From NCBI GenBank assembly GCA_964472015.1, contig CAYYIP010000007.1, positions 7,219 through 71,218 of the forward strand: 64,000 nt of DNA, read 5' to 3'. The position numbers and the translations under genes are program-made. Shown piece by piece: positions 10,665 through 20,276 of this stretch. Numbering within the stretch: position 1 is the stretch's first letter; each line of letters opens with the position of its first letter. The stretch comes from an uncultured Hyphomicrobiales bacterium (GTDB lineage Bacteria; Bacteroidota; Ignavibacteria; Kapaibacteriales; UBA2268). A model generated the notes under the pieces. The model did not search any database and was not told the origin of the DNA. It was given only the letters and a program-made list of their open reading frames with translations.

Positions 10665-10931
10665 ATGGCGCATCATGCATCGGCTCTAAAAAGAATTAGA
10701 CAGAGCAGAAAAAGGAAGCTTTATAATAGAGCAAATAAGAAATTATTAAGAATTGCAATTAAAAATGTTCGTGCAGCAAAAACTTACGAAGAAGGTATCG
10801 AATTATTAAATAAAATGTATAGTGTAGCAGATAGAGTAGCTGCAAAAGGTGTTATACATAAAAATAATGCTGCAAATAAAAAATCCTCTTTAAATGCGTT
10901 TGTAAAACGTTTAGAAAAAAAAGCAGAATAA
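10665..10931 (+). CDS. rpsT: 30S ribosomal protein S20
   Basis: MAHHASALKRIRQSRKRKLYNRANKK..; 88 aa, basic. Confidence 0.9.
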   Translation: MAHHASALKRIRQSRKRKLYNRANKKLLRIAIKNVRAAKTYEEGIELLNKMYSVADRVAAKGVIHKNNAANKKSSLNAFVKRLEKKAE

Positions 10932-10985
10932 TATATAATACATAAAAATAATCTAATAAATAAAAATATATATATTAGAATATAA

Positions 10986-11059
10986 GCACCCGTAGCTCAA
11001 TTGGATAGAGTATCTGACTACGGATCAGAAGGTTATGGGTTCGACTCCCTTCGGGTGTG
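10986..11059 (+). tRNA. tRNA-Arg, anticodon ACG
   Basis: Manual cloverleaf. Acceptor gcacccg/cgggtgt (G1-U72); D arm gctc-aattggata-gagt; anticodon stem tctga/tcaga with loop cTACGga; T arm atggg-ttcgact-ccctt; 74 nt; no encoded CCA. Confidence 0.85.
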
Positions 11060-11119
11060 CGTTTTTAATACTCTGTATAATATGTGATAATTTATATAAA
11101 ATAAAAGTATATTAAATAT

Positions 11120-11152
11120 AAAGAACTTGTTTCTATACAAGTTCTTTTTTGT
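11120..11152 (+). terminator. Rho-independent terminator downstream of tRNA-Arg(ACG)
   Basis: Stem aagaacttgt/acaagttctt (10 bp), loop ttctat, then a tttt-g-tttt run. Confidence 0.7.
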
Positions 11153-11228
11153 TTTATTTATTTATAAATTATGAATCGAGTTACAAAATATTATTTCTAT
11201 TGTTTAAATAAAATTATATAAGAATAGA

Positions 11229-11439
11229 AAAAATCTGCATAATTCATCTGTTCTAAAAAGAATTAGACAGAGTAGAAAAAGGAAGCTTTATAATAGAGCG
11301 AATAAGAGAAATTATTAAAAATTGCAATTAATTTATTAAAAATTACAATTAATTTATTAAGAATTACAATTAAATAGTATTCGTGCAGCAAATAGAGTAG
11401 CTGCAAAAGGTGTTATACATAAAAATAATCTAATATATA
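11229..11439 (+). pseudogene. Decayed tandem duplicate of rpsT
   Basis: Near-identical to the rpsT 5' region (ctaaaaagaattagacagag.agaaaaaggaagctttataatagagc.aataaga) but with no start codon, an inserted triplicated 21-bp motif (aattgcaattaatttattaaa..) and two internal deletions. The 3' deletion lies between direct repeats cataaaaataat. Confidence 0.8.
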
Positions 11440-11464
11440 TATATTAGATTATATGCATCCGTAG

Positions 11465-11538
11465 CTCAATTGGATAGAGCATCTGACTTCGGATCAGAGG
11501 GTTGGGGGTTCGAGCCCCTCCGGGTGTGCTATATTTTT
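11465..11538 (+). tRNA. tRNA-Arg, anticodon TCG (UCG)
   Basis: Paralogue of the 10986 tRNA: the same acceptor and D arm apart from 2-3 substitutions, anticodon loop cTTCGga, and a G-richer T arm ggggg-ttcgagc-ccctc; 74 nt. Confidence 0.8.
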
Positions 11539-11834
11539 AAAGAATATCAATATTTACTTATCATCAATCCTGTTCTATTTATCAAAAAACATATAAAAAT
11601 TAATTTTACTATATTTTTTTAATTTTTTTTTATTTTTATATTGTATATTTGTATTTGGATAAGAAATTATAAAAAAGAATTAAATTAAATAATTATACTA
11701 ATATGTTATCTTAAAATATTAAGAAGAATTAATGTATTAAAAGATATTAAAAGATATTAAAAGGAAGTTAAATTTTATTTTACATTAATATATTTTTATT
11801 ATTTTTAGCTTTGTTATAAATTTATTTAAGCATT

Positions 11835-12632
11835 ATGTTGTTATCGAAATTAGTTAAAATTATAATAAAAAATTCAATAATTTATTTTGTATTATTTTTA
11901 TATTTATTTTTATATGAAACTAATGCACAAGGTTTTCAATGGCAATATTCGGCACGTTTGCCTGTTGAAATTCCTAAATTTTATTATGGTATTAATTTTA
12001 ATTATGGTATTGTTAGTTCAAATGGTAGTTTTAATTTTTCAGAAGATGGTATAATATGCCCTAGTTTTAAGAATGGTACAGGAGGAGTTTTATCTTTTGG
12101 ATTAAATGGTGAATATTGGGATAATAATCAAATTGCTTATGTTTTTTCTGTTAATTATTTAAAATATAATATATTTTGTAGTTTTATTGACTATGTACCG
12201 ATATCTAATACTGTAACAGCATCGTATGAAGATAAACTAAAACTAGATTTTTCTAATATATTATTAAAAGCTGGATTAAAATATAGAATTTTAAATTCTC
12301 ATTTTCATATTGGAGCAGGAATTGATTTTGGCGCTGCTTTTAATAGTACTTTTGCAGTAACAGAAAAAATTATCGGGCCGGATAATATGCCACCTTTTTC
12401 TACTAATCCTCCTTCTTATGAACGTGATATTATAAATGGAAATTTCGATAAACTAAATATATTTGTTTTTTATCCTAGTATTAGTATTGGGTATGACTTG
12501 CAAATTGGTCGTGGGAAATATATAACACCAACTATGTCTTTATATATCCCTCTTTTTGATTTTACTAAGAATGATAATGTTAAAAATTTATTATTATTAT
12601 TTGGAATAAAATCAAGTTTTAATTTTTTATAA
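11835..12632 (+). CDS. Putative outer-membrane beta-barrel protein, possibly PorP/SprF-like
   Basis: Signal peptide ending ..ETNAQG; alternating amphipathic beta-strand-like segments; C-terminal ..SSFNFL (terminal aromatic). Family assignment is uncertain. Confidence 0.4.
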   Translation: MLLSKLVKIIIKNSIIYFVLFLYLFLYETNAQGFQWQYSARLPVEIPKFYYGINFNYGIVSSNGSFNFSEDGIICPSFKNGTGGVLSFGLNGEYWDNNQIAYVFSVNYLKYNIFCSFIDYVPISNTVTASYEDKLKLDFSNILLKAGLKYRILNSHFHIGAGIDFGAAFNSTFAVTEKIIGPDNMPPFSTNPPSYERDIINGNFDKLNIFVFYPSISIGYDLQIGRGKYITPTMSLYIPLFDFTKNDNVKNLLLLFGIKSSFNFL

Positions 12633-12672
12633 ATAATATTTATTATTTATACTTATCTATATTTTTAATTAT

Positions 12673-15600
12673 CTACCTCATAATAATTAAGTTTTTTGTT
12701 TTAATAATATTAGAGTTATTTATAATTTTTATATTATAACTTCCATTACTTAAATAACTAACAGGGAAATTTATTTCATTGTTACCTTTTGTTAATTGCA
12801 CGTCTTGTGTAAGTACTAATTTACCTATTGTATTAAATAATTTTATTGTTACTTTTGTACTAGTGTCAGAGATAAATTTTATTTTTAATTCGTCTTTGAA
12901 TATAATTTCATTAATAATAGTTTCTATGTGATAATTATTAATTTTATTATATACATTAGTGTTACCACAATATCCATATATATTAAATTTACCTTCTTCT
13001 TGCGTTATTTCGCATATTTTATCTGTTAATATATCAAAATTTTTAAAACGTATGGGTGTTTCGTTTGGATATGATAAAAGTGCTATTCCATGAATTTCTA
13101 AAAATTTATTTCTATTGTTTAATATCGTTTGTGCAATATTGCTATTTATACTACCTTTTATACCATCATTAATAGAAAAATTAAATTCTATTTCTTCTTT
13201 TATGTTATTATATATTATATATAATTTTTCAGGATAGAATAGTAAATTATCCATATCTATTGTGAAATCTATAGCTTGTGCATTTATCTCTGATGATACA
13301 GTATCAGTAATAAAAGCGCTAATTATTGCTGTGTTTCCTGGTATAGCTTTTGTTGTATCAAATTTTATTGGTATTATATATTTCTCTATAGGTACAGTTG
13401 CACTTAATGTAATGCTATCATTAACATTACAACTACGTTCAATATTTAATAATATTTTTCCATCATATATATTAGTTTCTGGGCCCGAGAATGAAATATA
13501 AATTTTTTCAGAACTATTTTTTTGTATTAATAAAGGTAGAATTACATTACTTGTAAAGTATATATTTGGTTGAATATTAAAAGTTGTTAAATATACATCA
13601 AATAAAGAAGAATTTGTTATTTCAACTTCCATTGTTTTTTGATGGTTTTTCCATACTTCACCGAAATTTATTATTTTATCAGATATAGTAATTTTTATTG
13701 AATCTGTTATTGAATATAATGTAACATCAAAACTTTTTGGACATACTTTATTTTTTAATATTAATTTAGTTGTATTATAATTTGGTAGATCTATAACTTT
13801 TGAAGGTGTAAAAATTATATCTAATAACTCTTTTGAAAGTGGTTTTATGATAATGGTATCTTTATTAAATTCATAATAATCAGGAATATCAGACGAGGCT
13901 ATAAATAAAGTGTCTTCTAGTGTTCCATTATTTATTATTTCTAAATGTTTTATTATAGCTGAATCACAGTTTTCTGATATATCAAAATTTATACTTTTTT
14001 CATTTATTATTGTATTACTTTTTCTAAATTCATTTTGAAAATAAATAGTATCAAATCTTGTTTCTTGTGTATTGTCATTAAGCATTTCAAATATAATAGA
14101 ATTATTAAAGTTTCCTTCTTTATCATCTATATTATTATATGAAACAATAATTCTTATTTTTTCTACTTGATTTATTTTTAGTGGTAAATTCGGGCACTCT
14201 AATATATTATATTCCGGTTCATTTTTTGTAAAGTTTAATGAAACAAATGTATAAGGCTGAGTATTAGTAACATAAATTGTATCATAAATTATACTATTTT
14301 CACAAGTTGTATAATGTGAAAATGTATGTACGGGATCACCTTTTATGTCTGTGTATTCCAAATTATTGTTAACAAAATCAATTAGAATTGGAATATTTAA
14401 AGTATCAGTGCATTCACTTTTTAAATAAACTAATATGTTTCCTTTATAAGTAAATTCAGTATCTGAAATAGCTTGAAAAGATAAAACTTTTTTACCACTT
14501 GGTGATAAATAAATTGGAAATGTATTTAATAATTCTATCTTAGCATTTTGTACATTTGGTTCTATTATAGCAGAATCTATTCTAATAGTTTGTACAGAAT
14601 TAGAAGTTAAAGTTATATTATATTCTTTAAGTATATTGATATTTAATAAATCATTTATTTCCTTAGGTTCAATAGTTACATCATTTGTTACTCCTTGTCC
14701 ATTTAATACTAATTTAAGAGTATCATTACAAGGTGTTAAAGTTACAATAATTGTATCTTTAAATAATCCTACTTTATATGGTGTAAAACTAATAATATAG
14801 TTTGATTTTTGAGCAGGATCAAGATATTTAGGTGCCTGTTTTACATCAAATCCTTTTAATACATCTTGTTCTATTATATTGGTTAAATCAAATTTTTGAT
14901 TACCTAAATTTTCTATTTCTTTCATTAATGTTATTGAATTTCCTACGCATATATATCCAAAATTAAATTCCAAGATATTATTATTTAATTTATTCTTTTT
15001 AAATATTGCATTAAATTTTATTCTTTTAGGTGCTTCCGAGGTTATTCTTTTTGTATCATTACTTGTTATTAATAATTCACCACTTAATGTATCTAAGTCA
15101 TTTGAATATAAATATAATAATAGTGTATCAGTTGACTTAGGTTTAATAGTAGTAGGTAATGATTTATTATTTGATAGTCCTAGTATTTTTACTTGTCTAT
15201 TTAAAGTTATTGGATTTAATTCATTACTATCTTGTATACTAACTTTGTATACTTCTAAATCATATGTTCCAATATTTTCAATAGGAATTTTTATTGTTGT
15301 ATCATTTTTACAAATAATGTTTATATTATATTCTTTTTTTACATTTATAATAGGTGAGACACCATTTACTTTTAATACAATTGTTTTTGTTTCATTACAG
15401 GGCGAGAATGTAAAAGTATAAGTTACATACGCTATTCCTGTATCACGAGGTGATATTTTAAATTCCATTTTATTGTTTGTATCATTTGGATGTACTGTAA
15501 ATGGAATTTTCGTACTAGCAGAAATATTAGTGAAATCAAGATTATTTGTACTACATTTATATCCTATTATAGTGTCACCAGATTCTGAAAACCATTTTAA

Positions 15601-17055
15601 TGTTCTATAACTATTTGTTTTTACAAACACATCTCCAAAATCAATTGTATCTTGATCTGCATATGTAGTAAATTCTTTTAATGCTCCTTTATAGTATATA
15701 GTATCTATATGTGTTATTTGTTCATCGTACGGATGTAATTTTATAATAATAGAAAAATAATGTTCTCCAACTTCTTTTGGAGCATATTTTACAATTATCT
15801 TTGTTTCATTACATGCAGGTACAGGAAAATATAAATAATCGGGCTTTATTATTGAGTAAAATTCATTATTTTCTAAAATTGATATATCTAATGTTGAACT
15901 TTCAAAATTCATATTTTTGACAGTTACTGTATCATATACTGTTGCAATAGTACAACTATCTCCAAAATCTACAGTATCTTTATTTACTAACATCTTAGAT
16001 GAATTATTGAGTTTATAAATATTATCACCTACAACCCATCCAAAATCTGGGCCAATAAAAAACATATCATCTAGATTATCGTAATCTTCTATGCCACAGT
16101 TTTTTAATTTCCAAGTTATACCGCTATCATTTGTATGATAAATTCCTTTATTTGTGCCACAAACCCAGCCTTCAGAACTACTAAGTAAGAAAGCACCATA
16201 CATAGGATAATGTGTAGTATAATTTCTCCAAGTAGGATATGGATGGTCTATATTAATAGAAAAACGCATACCACCATCTTGTGCTCCACCTGCACAATCG
16301 TTTCCTGAGTAAGGGACCAATATTGAATTATTATAATGAGTTATTTCTTCTTGCCATGATAAAATGTTGCTTGTTTGAGATAATATATTCCAAGTATCAC
16401 CAAAATTTGTTGTTTTCCAAATTAATCCACTACTTGATGCATAACCAATACCACTAGAATATACAATAATATCTGTTAGACCAGAATAATAATTTGTGCT
16501 TCCATTTAATGGAATAAATGATAATGAGTTTGGAGTCCAAGTTGCTCCGCCATCTGTTGTTCGCCATATAATTCTATTATTTTTTATAGAATGCGTATCT
16601 GCAGGTAAACAACCACCGCCTGCTACAAAGATTGTATCACGGTTTAGCATAAAACAACCCCAAATGTCTATATCGCCATTATAAACTAAATTATTTATAT
16701 AAGTTATTGAAGTCCAAGTTGCACCACCATCGGTTGATTTGAAAATACCATCGGGTCCTGAACAGAATCCATATTCTGTATCTATAAAATGTACACTTTC
16801 TAGGAACCAGCCGGGTAATGTACTAACATTCCAAGTTGCACCACCGTCAGTAGTTCTTGCTACACGTCCTAAATAATCACTATAACTTCGACCACATATC
16901 CATCCATTTGTAGGATTTAAAAAATAAACATCTAACCATTGTACTAAATTAGCAGACGATGGTAGATTTTTTACTTTTTCCCAATATTTAGCATTTAAAG
17001 GAATGTTGCAAATCCATATTATAAAAAGAATTATAAATAGTATTTGTTTTTTCAT
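12673..17055 (-). CDS. Giant (1460 aa) secreted BNR/Asp-box repeat beta-propeller protein with Ig-like repeats and a T9SS C-terminal sorting domain
   Basis: Signal peptide. Six SxDxGxTW-type motifs (TTDGGATW x3, STDGGATW, TTNFGDTW, TNDSGITW) near the N-terminus. C-terminus ..SNGSYNIKIINNSNIIKTKNLIIMR matches the T9SS CTD. Confidence 0.75.
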   Translation of the reverse strand: MKKQILFIILFIIWICNIPLNAKYWEKVKNLPSSANLVQWLDVYFLNPTNGWICGRSYSDYLGRVARTTDGGATWNVSTLPGWFLESVHFIDTEYGFCSGPDGIFKSTDGGATWTSITYINNLVYNGDIDIWGCFMLNRDTIFVAGGGCLPADTHSIKNNRIIWRTTDGGATWTPNSLSFIPLNGSTNYYSGLTDIIVYSSGIGYASSSGLIWKTTNFGDTWNILSQTSNILSWQEEITHYNNSILVPYSGNDCAGGAQDGGMRFSINIDHPYPTWRNYTTHYPMYGAFLLSSSEGWVCGTNKGIYHTNDSGITWKLKNCGIEDYDNLDDMFFIGPDFGWVVGDNIYKLNNSSKMLVNKDTVDFGDSCTIATVYDTVTVKNMNFESSTLDISILENNEFYSIIKPDYLYFPVPACNETKIIVKYAPKEVGEHYFSIIIKLHPYDEQITHIDTIYYKGALKEFTTYADQDTIDFGDVFVKTNSYRTLKWFSESGDTIIGYKCSTNNLDFTNISASTKIPFTVHPNDTNNKMEFKISPRDTGIAYVTYTFTFSPCNETKTIVLKVNGVSPIINVKKEYNINIICKNDTTIKIPIENIGTYDLEVYKVSIQDSNELNPITLNRQVKILGLSNNKSLPTTIKPKSTDTLLLYLYSNDLDTLSGELLITSNDTKRITSEAPKRIKFNAIFKKNKLNNNILEFNFGYICVGNSITLMKEIENLGNQKFDLTNIIEQDVLKGFDVKQAPKYLDPAQKSNYIISFTPYKVGLFKDTIIVTLTPCNDTLKLVLNGQGVTNDVTIEPKEINDLLNINILKEYNITLTSNSVQTIRIDSAIIEPNVQNAKIELLNTFPIYLSPSGKKVLSFQAISDTEFTYKGNILVYLKSECTDTLNIPILIDFVNNNLEYTDIKGDPVHTFSHYTTCENSIIYDTIYVTNTQPYTFVSLNFTKNEPEYNILECPNLPLKINQVEKIRIIVSYNNIDDKEGNFNNSIIFEMLNDNTQETRFDTIYFQNEFRKSNTIINEKSINFDISENCDSAIIKHLEIINNGTLEDTLFIASSDIPDYYEFNKDTIIIKPLSKELLDIIFTPSKVIDLPNYNTTKLILKNKVCPKSFDVTLYSITDSIKITISDKIINFGEVWKNHQKTMEVEITNSSLFDVYLTTFNIQPNIYFTSNVILPLLIQKNSSEKIYISFSGPETNIYDGKILLNIERSCNVNDSITLSATVPIEKYIIPIKFDTTKAIPGNTAIISAFITDTVSSEINAQAIDFTIDMDNLLFYPEKLYIIYNNIKEEIEFNFSINDGIKGSINSNIAQTILNNRNKFLEIHGIALLSYPNETPIRFKNFDILTDKICEITQEEGKFNIYGYCGNTNVYNKINNYHIETIINEIIFKDELKIKFISDTSTKVTIKLFNTIGKLVLTQDVQLTKGNNEINFPVSYLSNGSYNIKIINNSNIIKTKNLIIMR

Positions 17056-17252
17056 ATTTATTTCTCTTTTTATTTTTATTAATTAAAATTAGATGAGACT
17101 ATATAAAATTATATAAAAAATATTATAAAAAATTATATTTATTAAAATAATTAAAATAATTTCTCTCTTAATATAAGAATATTTTTTATAATAATTATTA
17201 ATATTAATATATTTTTTTAATTTTTATTAATTTTTTATTATGTGGCAATAAA

Positions 17253-18071
17253 TTATAGAGTTATAAATTCGGGTGTATCAACTGCAAATCCAAGGAATTT
17301 ATGAGCTAATTCATAGAATTGATTTGGAATATCAGTTACATAAAATTTTATATTATATTTTATAGCAAATTCTTGTCGTTCGGGCTTTAATAATTTATTT
17401 TCTGCTAATAACCGTAAAGCAGTTACTGCAGCTTGTTCGCCTGTATCTATTTGAATAACATTAGGCATAATTTCTAGGAAGTTACGAGTAAGTAGGGGAT
17501 AATGAGTACATCCTAAAATAATAGTATCTACATTTTCATTAATAAGTTTTTGTAAGTAATCTTTTACTATTAATTTTGTAGCTGGATGTTCAAGCATTCC
17601 TTCTTCAACTAGTGGTACAAGCAATGGACATTCTTGTGATATTACCTTAATAGAATTTTTATTTGTTATTTGATTTATAGTATTTAAATACGCATTACTT
17701 GCAATAGTAGCACGTGTTCCTATTATTCCAATTTTATTATTTTTTGTACTATGCAAAGCAGCTTTTGCAGCGGGATATATCATACCTATTACAGGTATTC
17801 CTTTTGCAATATTTTTAACTGTTTCTAGTGCAACTGCTGATACGGTATTGCAAGCAACTACTATTAATTTTACATTTTTATCAATAAGGAAATTAGTACA
17901 TTCTTTTGCATATTGTTGCAAAGTATTATTAGATTTATTTCCATAAGGTACTCGGCCGGTATCTCCAAGATATATGTAATTTTCAAAAGGAAGAAATCTA
18001 ATTAACTGCTTTAATACACTTAATCCACCTATTCCGGAGTCAAATACTCCTATTGCGCCATCAACTAACAT
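17253..18071 (-). CDS. murI: Glutamate racemase
   Basis: VFDSGIGGLSV, ACNTVSAVALE and GCTHYPLL motifs. Confidence 0.9.
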   Translation of the reverse strand: MLVDGAIGVFDSGIGGLSVLKQLIRFLPFENYIYLGDTGRVPYGNKSNNTLQQYAKECTNFLIDKNVKLIVVACNTVSAVALETVKNIAKGIPVIGMIYPAAKAALHSTKNNKIGIIGTRATIASNAYLNTINQITNKNSIKVISQECPLLVPLVEEGMLEHPATKLIVKDYLQKLINENVDTIILGCTHYPLLTRNFLEIMPNVIQIDTGEQAAVTALRLLAENKLLKPERQEFAIKYNIKFYVTDIPNQFYELAHKFLGFAVDTPEFITL

Positions 18072-18200
18072 AAATACAAAATAATATCAAAAAAAAATAA
18101 TATACAAAAATAAAACTAAAAAAGATTTACAATATAAAAAAATATATTATAAATCTTTTTATTAAATTAACTGAAACTGAATAAATTAATTAAAAGAATA

Positions 18201-18803
18201 TTATTCTTTTCCACTTTCATCTTGGTTTTCTGCTGATGTATCATCTGCAGCCTTACCTTTTGGATTATTTACAGAACAAATAAGTGAATCCATTGGTAAA
18301 GAGTATTCAATTCCTTCAAGGTTAAGGTCATTCAAATAAATAGCATGTCCTATATCAAGTTTTGATATATCTATTTGAATAGAACTTATAAGATATTTTG
18401 GGAGACAAGTTATTTTAAATTTATGGAATACTTGCTGAAATCTTCCACCTTTTCTAACACCAATTGGTTGCTCTCCAATAAATTCTACTGGTATACTAAT
18501 AGTTACTTTTCTATCTTCTACAATACCTAATAAATCAAAATGAGTAATTTTATCTGTAACGGGATCAAATTTTACTTCTTTTAGTAAACATTTTTCTTGT
18601 TGCCCTTCGATATCCAAATTAACAAGTTTGATATTAGATGTATAAACTATTGGTTTTAAATCTTTAAGATTAGCTGAAATATTTATTCCTTTATTATTTT
18701 TTGAATAAAAAACACCTGGAACTTTATTTTCATTACGTAGTCGCTTGGATATTTGCTTACCTACTTCTCTTTTAGTAACTTTTAAATTAACTTCTTGTAA
18801 CAT
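18201..18803 (-). CDS. rplY: 50S ribosomal protein L25 (general stress protein Ctc form)
   Basis: Length, composition, a conserved N-terminal block and an acidic C-terminal tail; adjacent to prs, the usual arrangement. Confidence 0.75.
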   Translation of the reverse strand: MLQEVNLKVTKREVGKQISKRLRNENKVPGVFYSKNNKGINISANLKDLKPIVYTSNIKLVNLDIEGQQEKCLLKEVKFDPVTDKITHFDLLGIVEDRKVTISIPVEFIGEQPIGVRKGGRFQQVFHKFKITCLPKYLISSIQIDISKLDIGHAIYLNDLNLEGIEYSLPMDSLICSVNNPKGKAADDTSAENQDESGKE

Positions 18804-18823
18804 TTTATTTAATTTCCTATTTA

Positions 18824-19762
18824 TTATCTTGCTATATCAAATAAAGAACTAATAGATCGATTGTCATAAGTACGTAAAATAGCTTCGCCTATTAATTCAC
18901 CTATTGAAATAACTTCTATTTTTTTTATATTTCTTTTTAGAGGTATTGTATCAGTTATGAATAATTTATCTATACCATAAGAATTTTCTATTAATTCTAG
19001 TGCTTTTCCTGAAAAAACAGGATGTACAATAGTACCATAAATTTGTTTAGCGCCTTTATCTTTTAGAGCTTCAGCACACTTAACAAATGTAGTACCTGTA
19101 TCTATCATATCATCTACAATTAAAACATTTTTATTTTCTACTTCACCAATAATTGTTGATATTTCAGCTAAATTATGTGCTGGTCGTCTTTTATCTACTA
19201 AAACAAGCGAACCATTTAATTTTTCAGAATAAGATCTTGCTGTTTTAAGACCTCCGACATCTGGCGAAGCAACTGCTAAAGGTTGTAATTGTAATTTTTG
19301 TAATTTTTTATAAATTACAGGCGCTGCATATAAATGATCTACAGGGATATCAAAATATCCTTGTATTTGTGAAGAATGTAAGTCTACAACTAACACTCTA
19401 TCAGCACCTGCATTAACTAATAAATTAGCTACAAGTTTTGCTGTTAATGAAACGCGAGGCTGATCTTTTCTATCTTGACGTGCATATCCAAAATATGGAA
19501 TTACAGCTGTTACACGTTTTGCTGATGCACGTTTTGCCGCATCTATTAACATTAATAATTCCATTATGTTATCAGAAGGTGCTGTTGTAGATTGAATAAT
19601 AAAAAGATCTACCCCTCTAATATTTTCTTCATATTTAACCCAGATTTCTCCATCGCTAAAATTTCTTATGGAGGTAAGAGTTAAGGGCATTCCTAAATAG
19701 TTTGCAATTTTTTCTGCTAATTGGATATTAGAACGCCCCGAAGCAATTTTTAAATCTTGCAT
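18824..19762 (-). CDS. prs: Ribose-phosphate pyrophosphokinase
   Basis: IFSGSANxxLA-like N-terminus (IASGRSNIQLAEKIANYLG) and PRPP-binding loop VLIVDDMIDTGTT. Confidence 0.9.
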   Translation of the reverse strand: MQDLKIASGRSNIQLAEKIANYLGMPLTLTSIRNFSDGEIWVKYEENIRGVDLFIIQSTTAPSDNIMELLMLIDAAKRASAKRVTAVIPYFGYARQDRKDQPRVSLTAKLVANLLVNAGADRVLVVDLHSSQIQGYFDIPVDHLYAAPVIYKKLQKLQLQPLAVASPDVGGLKTARSYSEKLNGSLVLVDKRRPAHNLAEISTIIGEVENKNVLIVDDMIDTGTTFVKCAEALKDKGAKQIYGTIVHPVFSGKALELIENSYGIDKLFITDTIPLKRNIKKIEVISIGELIGEAILRTYDNRSISSLFDIAR

Positions 19763-19809
19763 TGGAATTATATATTGTAATTAATTAGTAAATAATACTA
19801 GAAAAAAAG

Positions 19810-19882
19810 CTGAGGCGGTAGGGATCGAACCTACGAAATGCCGGACCCAAAACCCGGTGCCTTACCACTTGGCTACACCTCA
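19810..19882 (-). tRNA. tRNA-Gln, anticodon TTG
   Basis: Reverse-complement cloverleaf: tgaggtg-ta-gcc-aagtggtaa-ggc-a-ccggg-tTTTGgg-tccgg-catt-tcgtagg-ttcgatc-cctac-cgcctca-g. The U1-A72 pair and overall sequence closely resemble E. coli tRNA-Gln. Confidence 0.8.
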
Positions 19883-20276
19883 GTATGTACTTGTTTTATA
19901 TTTTATTTGTTGATTATGATCATTGATTATAAAAAATCAATTTTTGATTATCATCAAACAAAGATATACAAACTTAATACTTTTTAAATTTATATACAAA
20001 AAAAATTTTATTTTTTGTCTTAATGTTTTGAAAAATAAAAAAAGAGGAATTATTATTATAGAGTTATTTAATATAATTTAATTTTTAATAACAATTTACT
20101 TTTATTATTTATTTATTATTATCTTTGTATTTTTGATTGTTTACTTAAATCATAAAAATAATAAAAAATAATATTAATATATAAAATAATATAAATATAT
20201 AAATATTATGTATAATAAAATAAGTTTTTAAAAATAAAATTATATTTAATGTATTAACTAAATAAAAAGGTATTTT

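Noticed and set aside
18121-18168. AT-only inverted repeat aaagattta...taaatcttt downstream of rplY
   Set aside because: The 9-bp all-A/T stem with a 20-nt loop in a background that is 85% A+T is expected by chance. It is too weak to call a terminator.
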